A stretch of 64,000 nt of DNA from an uncultured Spirochaetales bacterium (lineage in GTDB: Bacteria; Spirochaetota; Spirochaetia; JABEVK01): assembly GCA_964475005.1 (NCBI GenBank), contig CAYYUZ010000002.1:9272-73271 (forward strand). Reading direction: 5' to 3'. This document shows, one piece after another, positions 48,412-55,971 of the stretch. Numbering within the stretch: position 1 is the stretch's first letter; every line of letters begins with the position of its first letter. A program made the translations under genes and the position numbers. The notes below the pieces were generated by a model that did no database searches, was not told where the DNA came from, and was given only the letters and a program-made list of their open reading frames with translations.

Positions 48412-49308
48412 TCATCCTCCCAGGGTAACGGCGAATCCCCATTCGGCGGCCGCCGCTCGCCATCGGTCCAGAGTGACTTGATTCAGTGGTTTGCGGGTGT
48501 AGGGGTTAGCACGGCCCAACTGGGCATACTTTCCGGCCGCCAACTCGTGATACGGCAAAATGTCCACCCGCGCGGGCTTCAAGGTTCGCTCCAGGCCGGC
48601 AATGAGTCCAAACAACCGTTCTCTGTCGTCTTCACCATCGTTGAAGTCGGGAATCAGCGGTATACGGTAGGTCACCCGTGGGGCCGACCGCGAAACTGTG
48701 CGAAGGTTATCAAGGATAGGCGACAGCCGTCCCGAAGTCTGTTCCAGAAACTTCGTTTCGTCGATGTGCTTGACGTCAACAAGCCATTCGATGGGATACG
48801 GCAGCAGCACCGCCAACGCCGCGGGCGGGGCCGCGAGGCAGGTCTCGATCGCGACGTCGATGCCAGCTTCGATCAACTGTTCCAGGCACGGCACCAGGAA
48901 CTCAGCCTGGTCGAGCGGTTCTCCGCCCGAAAACGTCACACCGCCGCCGCTCTTGGCAAAAAAGAGGCGATCTTTGAGGACTTCGGCGATCAACGCGGAG
49001 GAATCGACCTCACGGCCTGCGATTCGGATCGCCTGGGTGGGGCAAACCTTCCCCAATCCGGGCGGCACGGGTCGAGTTCTGTCCGGAACAATCATGCCGG
49101 CCGTTTCCTGCATCGCACCGCCAAACTGCGGCTCAAGGCACGAGCGGCAACGAATACAGCGTTTGGCGTCAAAGAGGATCTCGGCGTCCCTCTTCTGGCT
49201 CTCGGGGTTGGAGCACCATTGACACCGCAGCGAACACCCTTTCAAGAACACGACGGTCCGGATTCCCGGCCCGTCGTGAGTTGAATAGCGCTGAACATCA
49301 AAGATCAT
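48412..49308 (-). CDS. glycyl radical enzyme activating enzyme with ferredoxin-like insertion
   Basis: CSLRCQWCSNPE radical-SAM cluster motif, plus an extra Cys cluster (CIRCRSC...CPTQAI) between the SAM cluster and GGGVTFSGGEP. Confidence 0.9.
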   Translation of the reverse strand: MIFDVQRYSTHDGPGIRTVVFLKGCSLRCQWCSNPESQKRDAEILFDAKRCIRCRSCLEPQFGGAMQETAGMIVPDRTRPVPPGLGKVCPTQAIRIAGREVDSSALIAEVLKDRLFFAKSGGGVTFSGGEPLDQAEFLVPCLEQLIEAGIDVAIETCLAAPPAALAVLLPYPIEWLVDVKHIDETKFLEQTSGRLSPILDNLRTVSRSAPRVTYRIPLIPDFNDGEDDRERLFGLIAGLERTLKPARVDILPYHELAAGKYAQLGRANPYTRKPLNQVTLDRWRAAAAEWGFAVTLGG

Positions 49309-49339
49309 GGGTGCCTCACGTCTGAAGAATAGACGTTAA

Positions 49340-49371
49340 CTTTCATATTGTCAATATTTTGCTTTCATATG
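49340..49371. promoter_or_regulatory. direct repeat CTTTCATATT-N12-CTTTCATATG upstream of GRE activase 2
   Basis: Two half-sites 22 bp apart. Shares the 13-mer TTGCTTTCATATG with 29128..29140. Preceded by a leader inverted repeat ACGTCT-N7-AGACGT (49318..49336). Confidence 0.35.
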
Positions 49372-49410
49372 AATGCGATTATGGCACTTTTCGATGTTAT
49401 TTCGGTCGGA

Positions 49411-50508
49411 TCACCGGGGCACCCGCTTTTGAACAAAGATCCCCAAGAGAAGGAACGCCGCGGGCAGCGCAAGCATTCCCCAATCCCAGCCCCACGCAAG
49501 GACGGCGGGGCCCGTGAAAGGATAGCTGGCCTTGAACCGATCAATGAAAAGCATCTCCCAAAAGGGAAAGAGGGACCACAGCAACCAAACGGTCAGCAAC
49601 AGTGTTCCGGCAAAACAGCCCAAGGCCAGCAGCCCTTCAACGAACGAACGCGGTACCGCTGGCAAAAACCAGAGCCGCGAAAGACGGTGTTGCCACACAA
49701 GTCCCAACAGGCCGCAGGCGATGGCCAAGATGACCACGTCGCGCAGGATGAACAAGGGGACGGCCGCGCCAAGGACTCGGGCTCGAAACTCCTTGCTGGC
49801 AACCTTCCAGCTCTTCAGCTGGACGCCAAAGCCCAGAAACGCTTCCCCATGCTCCTTGATCCACCGGTCGGGGTCGAGCCCTCCCGCGAGGCGGACGGCG
49901 AAACTTGTCACTCGTGCGCGGGCACCAAGAAGGCTCTGGGCTGTTTCTAAATCCAACAGCACCGTATCGGGACCCAAGAACACCGAGGTTCGTTCCATCG
50001 AACCCACGACGGCCGTACCCGAACTCCAGGTCCCGTCTGTCGAAGTCAGCCCGGCGGTTTCACTGGGAAACAGGAAGGCTTGATCCTCCCACGACTTGGG
50101 AATAAGCAGCCCCGAAAGCGGTCCCGAAATTCCATGAAGGATGCGGCTGTGAAACGAAGTCACCTTATCTTCTTGGGCAAAACTGAACGCCCTAACAGGC
50201 ACGGTCTTCGACTTTCCCTGGGGGTTGGTCACCTTCATACTGAACTCAAGCCGCGCCGAGGCCGCCACGACTCCGGGTATCCCTTCGATCAGCGACCGGA
50301 GGCGGAAGTACTGGTCGAGCCCGCCTTGGGTCGATTCGACAAGAACCTGCCCGGTTTCGAGGATTTGAATACCCTGGTCGAAGCCTTGGTCGAACCCTCT
50401 GCCAAGCCCGACGGCCCAAACCACTCCGCCAAGTAGCAGACCCAGAACGAAAAAGGTCGTCCCATGCAGGACCTTCCAGCTCTCTAGAAGCTCATCGAGC
50501 ATCGTCAC
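49411..50508 (-). CDS. hypothetical membrane protein (N-terminal TM, central extracytoplasmic region, C-terminal TM bundle; possibly FtsX-like)
   Basis: Hydropathy pattern only; no ATPase partner nearby. Confidence 0.45.
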   Translation of the reverse strand: MTMLDELLESWKVLHGTTFFVLGLLLGGVVWAVGLGRGFDQGFDQGIQILETGQVLVESTQGGLDQYFRLRSLIEGIPGVVAASARLEFSMKVTNPQGKSKTVPVRAFSFAQEDKVTSFHSRILHGISGPLSGLLIPKSWEDQAFLFPSETAGLTSTDGTWSSGTAVVGSMERTSVFLGPDTVLLDLETAQSLLGARARVTSFAVRLAGGLDPDRWIKEHGEAFLGFGVQLKSWKVASKEFRARVLGAAVPLFILRDVVILAIACGLLGLVWQHRLSRLWFLPAVPRSFVEGLLALGCFAGTLLLTVWLLWSLFPFWEMLFIDRFKASYPFTGPAVLAWGWDWGMLALPAAFLLLGIFVQKRVPR

Positions 50509-50698
50509 TCCCTTCGTGGACCTTTTCGGGGAACAAGGGTTCGCCCTCGTCGAGTCCGACCTCGAGGAATTCCGGCGCCCAACGGTTCTTGAGCTTGTAG
50601 CTCCGCCGAATCACTTTTTGCCGCCGGGTCTCCTTGCTGTCAACAAAGACCGCCATGACCGTGCGACCAAAACCAAACAGTCCAACGCGGATACTCAT
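50492..50698 (-). CDS. small hypothetical protein (about 68 aa)
   Basis: ATG 50698 lies 4 nt from the stop of the large OmpA-domain gene and overlaps the next gene by 17 nt. No motif recognised. Confidence 0.35.
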   Translation of the reverse strand: MSIRVGLFGFGRTVMAVFVDSKETRRQKVIRRSYKLKNRWAPEFLEVGLDEGEPLFPEKVHEGSDDAR

Positions 50699-53229
50699 TT
50701 TGACTTCTCCAAATAGAACTCTACCCGTCGGTTCTTCCAACGGTTTTCGAGGTCGGTGTTGGGGACTAGGGGGCGTAGAGCCCCGAAGCCTTGCACTGTA
50801 AAGCGCGCGTCATCGACACCCAGGAGAACCAACGCCATCTTGACTTCTTGGGCCCGATCCTGCGACAGAGGAAGCAGTTGGGTGGTCTGCTCCCATTCCG
50901 AGGTCTTGGCATCGGTCGAAAACTCGCTGACGGCGTACCCTTCCAGCCCGATCTTGTACCCCGGCAGACGGTTGAGAACCGAGGCCAACCTTTGCAACAC
51001 GAAGACATTCTTAGACAACAGAGCTTGAGGCAATTTGAACACGTCCGAGCTGTAGCCGGAAAACTGAATCGAATTGATGACGATTTTGTAGCGACCGTCG
51101 GCCAGCTTGTCGACAAGGATGTCGACCGTGACCACATCCTGCTTGCTCCCCTGCCGCCCGGCGGTGTCATCGACTTCAAAGATCACCTCGTACTGTTCCC
51201 CGGACTCCACGTAGTCGCCAGAGTCTGACTTTCCATCCCAAACCACGTGAGCCGGCGGTGAACCGTTCCCCGAGAACAAACGGAAGCCCTTCCCGCGAGG
51301 ATCCAGAATCTGGAGACTCCACGAAGCCAAAGGAGAGGCGCCCTCCTTGGCCTTGAGGTCGATGGTCAGAAACTGCGGTCCGTCGACATTCTTGGGGGCA
51401 AATACAAGCGAAGAAAGGTGAATGTCGGCGTTGGGTGCAGTGGTATCGAGGAACTTGGAGTCGACCGTCACGTCGGAAGAGGCCCTCGACACGGTGCCGT
51501 TGGCGTAGGTGACTTCCACCGCCACCCGATAGGCACCGTCGGGAACCGGGCGGGTGTCGGTACCCGAACCGTCCCAGTCCCAAAAGGTCAGAAGCGATTC
51601 GGCCTGGCGGTTGGCGACGACCGTGCCATTCGAACCTGTCACTTTGTAGACGGTCTTGTCGATGGAATCCGCCACACTCAAAACCGGCGTAACGCGAACG
51701 ATTCCCGCCTGACCTCGATTGGGAACAACCACGGTGCGCGAAAGGTCCAGCCCGACCTTCATGGGCCGGTTGTCTTTACGCACCGAGATACGGGTGAATC
51801 CCAGAACGCCCGCGCGGTTCTTCGCCGACGCCTGCAGAACGAGGGTTCCGTCCGGCAGTGGTTTTCCCTGTTCATCGAGTCCCTGAAACTCGACCGAACC
51901 GTTGCCAGAATCGCCCAAATCGTAGTGCCTGAGTAGTTGGCCCTTGGTCGTCAGAACGTCAAGACCCCAGGGAATTCCCGGTTCACCTTTCAGATCCACC
52001 GTGATTCCGGCGCGGCCCGTCCCGCCAAACACCATCGCCGACGCAGAAAGAACCGCTTGGGGCGGGGTCAGGACGAGGTCAAACGAGAATGGGTTCGAAA
52101 CCCCCGTGTTGCCGTTGTCGTAGGAAATAGTCAAGGTCGCGGCGTAGTGCCCCTCTGGGAGAGGCAGACCCGAGGTCGTGTTCCCAGCAAACTCGATCTC
52201 CTTGGGGACGGGGGCCGGACCCGAGCGGGTCCATCGGGCGAGGGTCGGATTGGTGGCGTCAGACACCGTGACGCGCCACTGGGTCAGCCCCTCCTGAATT
52301 TCCACCTCGGGTTTGAAGAGGATCGAGGTCGGCGCGCCAACGGCCTTCGGAGAAAACTGGGTTGTCTCTGAGCTCAACACGGGAATCCCCGACCGTTCAC
52401 TCACCGTCAGAGCCTGAGTCAGAGTGGTTGAGGCCGAAGCCCCTGCCCGGTTGCGTCCCGTGAGGGAGTAGAAATAAACCCCATCGGGAACCACGGTACC
52501 GGAGTCGTCCCGCCCGTCCCAGGAGAAAGGCGGCGGCGCCAAGTCATCCGCCACTGACTCGCTCGTATTCTCCCAGAGGTAGGTTCGAACTATCCTTCCT
52601 GCTGAGTCAATGAAACGTCCTTCCCAGTGGCTCTCGTGACTCCCCGACTGTTCAATCGATACGGTAGGCCGGTTCCCCAAGGGAGCAAAGATCGGCTGTG
52701 CAACGCGGATGAAATAGACGGCAACCTTGGCGTTCTTGATGGTGGCGTTGAAGGGAGGAGTTTGCGCCCGCCCGCCCGCGCTGTCGACGACGGTAATCTG
52801 ATACGTGTAGTTTCCATCGGGAACGAACATCCCGTCTTGGGGATTCTTAGCACCGTGGTAGCGCCCGTCCCAGGTCAGTTCCTTCGGGATTTCGACCTGA
52901 GGACGAGGGCCGAGGTTGAACAAATCGCCAAAGAACCCTCGGCTGCGAGTCTCCAGCCGGGACTCCTCGGAAACCAGGTGGCCCGAGGAGTCGAAAACGG
53001 AAAAGGTCCACGATTTGATGACCTGCCCCTTGGCCGTGAACGTCAGCGACGAGAAGGGCAGGACAAGGGTCTGATTCTTGGCCGTCGGATCTTGAGGAGC
53101 CAGGTACTGGCGCGGTTGGGCATCCATCTGAATGACGGGAGCGGCCTCAGCCTGCCCACTGGCCCAAAGAGACGGACTCCCCATTCCGAGAAAGGTCAAA
53201 ACCAAACCAAAAAGCAGGCGGCCAAACAT
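50695..53229 (-). CDS. OmpA-family surface protein with multiple FlgD-Ig-like repeat modules (844 aa)
   Basis: Signal peptide MFGRLLFGLVLTFLGMGSPSLWA. At least five repeats of the form VPDG-x-Y-x-Y...AG (VPDGNYTYQITVVDSAGG, VPDGVYFYSLTGRNRAG, LPEGHYAATLTISYDNGN, LPDGTLVLQASAKNRAG, VPDGAYRVAVEVTYANGT). C-terminal OmpA-like peptidoglycan-binding domain with the NRRVEF signature. Confidence 0.8.
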   Translation of the reverse strand: MFGRLLFGLVLTFLGMGSPSLWASGQAEAAPVIQMDAQPRQYLAPQDPTAKNQTLVLPFSSLTFTAKGQVIKSWTFSVFDSSGHLVSEESRLETRSRGFFGDLFNLGPRPQVEIPKELTWDGRYHGAKNPQDGMFVPDGNYTYQITVVDSAGGRAQTPPFNATIKNAKVAVYFIRVAQPIFAPLGNRPTVSIEQSGSHESHWEGRFIDSAGRIVRTYLWENTSESVADDLAPPPFSWDGRDDSGTVVPDGVYFYSLTGRNRAGASASTTLTQALTVSERSGIPVLSSETTQFSPKAVGAPTSILFKPEVEIQEGLTQWRVTVSDATNPTLARWTRSGPAPVPKEIEFAGNTTSGLPLPEGHYAATLTISYDNGNTGVSNPFSFDLVLTPPQAVLSASAMVFGGTGRAGITVDLKGEPGIPWGLDVLTTKGQLLRHYDLGDSGNGSVEFQGLDEQGKPLPDGTLVLQASAKNRAGVLGFTRISVRKDNRPMKVGLDLSRTVVVPNRGQAGIVRVTPVLSVADSIDKTVYKVTGSNGTVVANRQAESLLTFWDWDGSGTDTRPVPDGAYRVAVEVTYANGTVSRASSDVTVDSKFLDTTAPNADIHLSSLVFAPKNVDGPQFLTIDLKAKEGASPLASWSLQILDPRGKGFRLFSGNGSPPAHVVWDGKSDSGDYVESGEQYEVIFEVDDTAGRQGSKQDVVTVDILVDKLADGRYKIVINSIQFSGYSSDVFKLPQALLSKNVFVLQRLASVLNRLPGYKIGLEGYAVSEFSTDAKTSEWEQTTQLLPLSQDRAQEVKMALVLLGVDDARFTVQGFGALRPLVPNTDLENRWKNRRVEFYLEKSK

Positions 53230-53327
53230 CACAACCCCTTGGTATTCCTTAGCAACTAGGCTAAGCTTTTTATTAAGCGAGTTTCGAGATTGAATATTAT
53301 TATCAGGCATTTTTTTTAATGAGTCAA

Positions 53328-53355
53328 TTGACTTTTGAATTAATGTTGATATGAT
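53328..53355 (+). promoter_or_regulatory. sigma70-like promoter TTGACT-N16-TATGAT in an AT-rich island
   Basis: -35 at 53328-53333 and -10 at 53350-53355, about 25 nt upstream of the response-regulator ATG (53381, GAGGTG RBS). The region 53230..53380 is about 30% GC against about 60% genome-wide. Confidence 0.5.
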
Positions 53356-53380
53356 GAGTTCGAGCAAAGCCGAGGTGACC

Positions 53381-54073
53381 ATGAAACTGCTCTTCGTGGA
53401 TGACGAGCCGAGGATTCAAGAAATCGTCAGGAACGGACTGGCGCAGGATGGGTTCGAGGTCGAGACCTTCTCAACGGCCGAAGAGGTCATGAGTGTCCTT
53501 CAAAACTCTCGCCCGTCCTACGACGCCTTCCTGCTGGACATTGTTCTTCCCGGACTCAGCGGCTTGGAACTCTGTCGATGGCTGAGAGAGACAGGGCATA
53601 AACAGGCCATCGTTATGTTGACGGCCAAGGGCCAGGTCGACGACAAGGTCGCCGGGCTCGACGCCGGTGCCGACGACTACCTGGCCAAACCGTTCGAGGT
53701 CGCAGAACTTCAAGCCCGATTCCGCGCTCTGTACCGGAAGATGCACGGGTATCCCAGGCCACCCTTGGTCGTGGGCGATCTGGTGATGGACCCCAATACC
53801 CAAAGGGTAACTCGGGGCGGCGTTGAACTCGGGCTGCCAAAAAAGGAAAAGGCGCTCCTTGAGTTCTTGATGAAAAATTCAAACCGGGTCGTCACCCGAT
53901 CCATGATCGCCAACGCCCTTTGGGACGAAGGTAGCGGACTCTATACAAATGTCATCGACGTCTTTATTGCCTACCTGAGAAAGAGGATAGACACTCCTTC
54001 CCGGCCCCGTCTGCTGCACACGGTTCGGGGCAAAGGATTCCGCCTTTCGATCAATCCCCTGTCGGACGAGTGA
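53381..54073 (+). CDS. OmpR family response regulator (receiver plus winged-helix)
   Basis: MKLLFVDDEPRIQEIV...DAFLLDIVLPGLSGLEL receiver. C-terminal winged helix (VVTRSMIANALWDE...RGKGFRL). Confidence 0.9.
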   Translation: MKLLFVDDEPRIQEIVRNGLAQDGFEVETFSTAEEVMSVLQNSRPSYDAFLLDIVLPGLSGLELCRWLRETGHKQAIVMLTAKGQVDDKVAGLDAGADDYLAKPFEVAELQARFRALYRKMHGYPRPPLVVGDLVMDPNTQRVTRGGVELGLPKKEKALLEFLMKNSNRVVTRSMIANALWDEGSGLYTNVIDVFIAYLRKRIDTPSRPRLLHTVRGKGFRLSINPLSDE

Positions 54074-54074
54074 A

Positions 54075-55586
54075 GTGGGCGTCCCCCTTTCCGTCAAGCA
54101 GAAGATTCTGCTTTCCCTCTGGGTGATCACTCTGTTACTGCTGCTGCTTGTCGGTTCGGTGGCTTCGGTCTGGTTCATTCGGGACCAAGCCGGCAGGATC
54201 GATGCGTTTCTGACCAGGGAGATTCGAAGCACGCAAGATAGCCTCAGTGTCTATTTTGCCGCCAATAGCGGCGAGAGTCCTGTGGCCGATTCGGTGTCGA
54301 CGGTTGAGTTTCGGGCGTTTCTCGACAAGTACCTGCGGGAGAGGCTGAACAATCCCTCGCCATACAAGACGACTCTGGGAATCTTCGACCCCAGGGGCGC
54401 CCGAATCCAGGTGTCGAACTTGGCGCTCGATCTCGATATTCCCGGAGTTGGAGTGGAGAACAGTCTTCAACTGATCACGGCCAACCAGGACACGCCCTAC
54501 CGGGTCGCGGTGCTTCCCGTTTTGCACAACGGCCAGCCCCTGGGGACGGTCAGGCTGGCCTGTCTGACGGTCACCCTGAGCGAAGTCTGGGGAAGTTTCA
54601 TTCTAAGCCTGTCGATAGTCTTCGGTCTTGTCTTTTTGGCGTTTGGCCTATTGGGGACACTGCTGATCAACTGGGCCATGCGTCCGGTCCGGCGTTTGAG
54701 CCTCTCGGCCCAGAAAATTTCGGAATCGCAGCTGAACTTGCGCCTCACCGTTCCTCCAGGGAGAGACGAGGTCTCACAGATGGCCTCGACGCTGAACACC
54801 CTCCTGGCCAAGCTGGAGCAGGATTTTCAGTTTGAGGAGGCGCTGGTGGGCCAACTGAGCCATGAACTGAGGACTCCCCTCACCGTCCTGCGCGGTCGCA
54901 ATGAGATCACCTTGGCGCATCTTCCTGTGTCGATGGCAACCGTGCAGTCCCTGCTTGAGGACAACCTCGCCGACATCGACCACATCGTCTATCTGCTCAA
55001 CACGCTGCTCCGTCTAGCCAGACTCGACAGCGGATACGACCGCCCTCCCATGACTGCCTGCGATCTGAAAACCCTTTTGGCCGAGCTCATCGAAGAGCTT
55101 GAACCACTGTGGGACGCAAAGGAGCTCACTTTTGAATATCAGTTGCCGCAAGGGGCTACCTCGTTGTCGCGCTGCCCCCCGCTGGCTTGTCTGGGAAACA
55201 GCGTCCTTCTCCACCAGGTCTTTCTGAACATCCTCACGAACGCGTTCAAATACGCGCCGAAGGCGAGTCCCCTCCATCTTTCCCTTGAAGAGGCAGGAAC
55301 CAACGACGCCCCGCTGTGGCGGCTGGTGTTCCGCAATTCCGGCCCGGCCATTCCCGAAGAGTCGCTTGAGTTGATCTTTAAGCGGTTCTACCGGGTCGAA
55401 GCTCAGGACCCTGACCGAGTGGAGAAGGCCAGCGGTCTCGGGCAAAAGGGGTTCGGCCTCGGCCTCAGCTTGGCCCGAGCCATGCTGAACCTCCAAGAGG
55501 GCCAAATTCGGGCGTTCAACCCCCCTCAGGGCGGCGCCGCTTTCGAGCTTCTCATCCGCCGTCTGCCTGCAGTCCTCCAACCGTGA
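54075..55586 (+). CDS. sensor histidine kinase (2 TM, HAMP, HisKA, HATPase_c)
   Basis: H-box LSHELRTPLTVL, N-box LNILTNAFKYA, G-box GLGLSLA. GTG start 1 nt after the regulator stop. Confidence 0.85.
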   Translation: MGVPLSVKQKILLSLWVITLLLLLLVGSVASVWFIRDQAGRIDAFLTREIRSTQDSLSVYFAANSGESPVADSVSTVEFRAFLDKYLRERLNNPSPYKTTLGIFDPRGARIQVSNLALDLDIPGVGVENSLQLITANQDTPYRVAVLPVLHNGQPLGTVRLACLTVTLSEVWGSFILSLSIVFGLVFLAFGLLGTLLINWAMRPVRRLSLSAQKISESQLNLRLTVPPGRDEVSQMASTLNTLLAKLEQDFQFEEALVGQLSHELRTPLTVLRGRNEITLAHLPVSMATVQSLLEDNLADIDHIVYLLNTLLRLARLDSGYDRPPMTACDLKTLLAELIEELEPLWDAKELTFEYQLPQGATSLSRCPPLACLGNSVLLHQVFLNILTNAFKYAPKASPLHLSLEEAGTNDAPLWRLVFRNSGPAIPEESLELIFKRFYRVEAQDPDRVEKASGLGQKGFGLGLSLARAMLNLQEGQIRAFNPPQGGAAFELLIRRLPAVLQP

Positions 55587-55661
55587 GAAGACCTCACGAG
55601 AAAGGCAAACTCCGCCGACACTAAAAGAGGCAAGTAACGACAAGAAATCGGCGAGGTCTGT

Positions 55662-55949
55662 ATGAATTTGGCGCTATTCGAAACGCTCCCGGCTCAAACC
55701 TTTCTGGGGGACTTTCCCCCCCACCGCGATCCGCTTTCCGCGGCGATGGTCAGGGAAGGGTTGGCAGAGGAGTTTCCTGAGTTTAGTGAGCTGGAACTGT
55801 TCCTTGAGGTGAACTGCCATTGGGTCGTTCTTCAAAACGAACGCGAGACGCCAGTTTCGGCCACCGAGGCCGTGCTGGATTTTGGTTCCCGTTTTGCGGG
55901 AACCGCCAATAGCCGCTTCCATTTTCAGCTGGGAAAACGACGACTTTAG
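55662..55949 (+). CDS. hypothetical protein (95 aa)
   Basis: ORF only. No motif. Lies between the kinase and an MCP. Confidence 0.3.
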   Translation: MNLALFETLPAQTFLGDFPPHRDPLSAAMVREGLAEEFPEFSELELFLEVNCHWVVLQNERETPVSATEAVLDFGSRFAGTANSRFHFQLGKRRL

Positions 55950-55971
55950 CCTGACGATTTGATCCTTCCGC

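Noticed and set aside
49411-50740. Possibility that the 68-aa ORF and the downstream membrane protein are one frameshifted gene
   Set aside because: The small ORF has its own ATG 4 nt after the upstream gene stop and reads like a soluble polypeptide. The membrane protein begins with a plausible start followed by a TM helix. A 17-nt overlap is compatible with coupling. A frameshift cannot be excluded without homologues.
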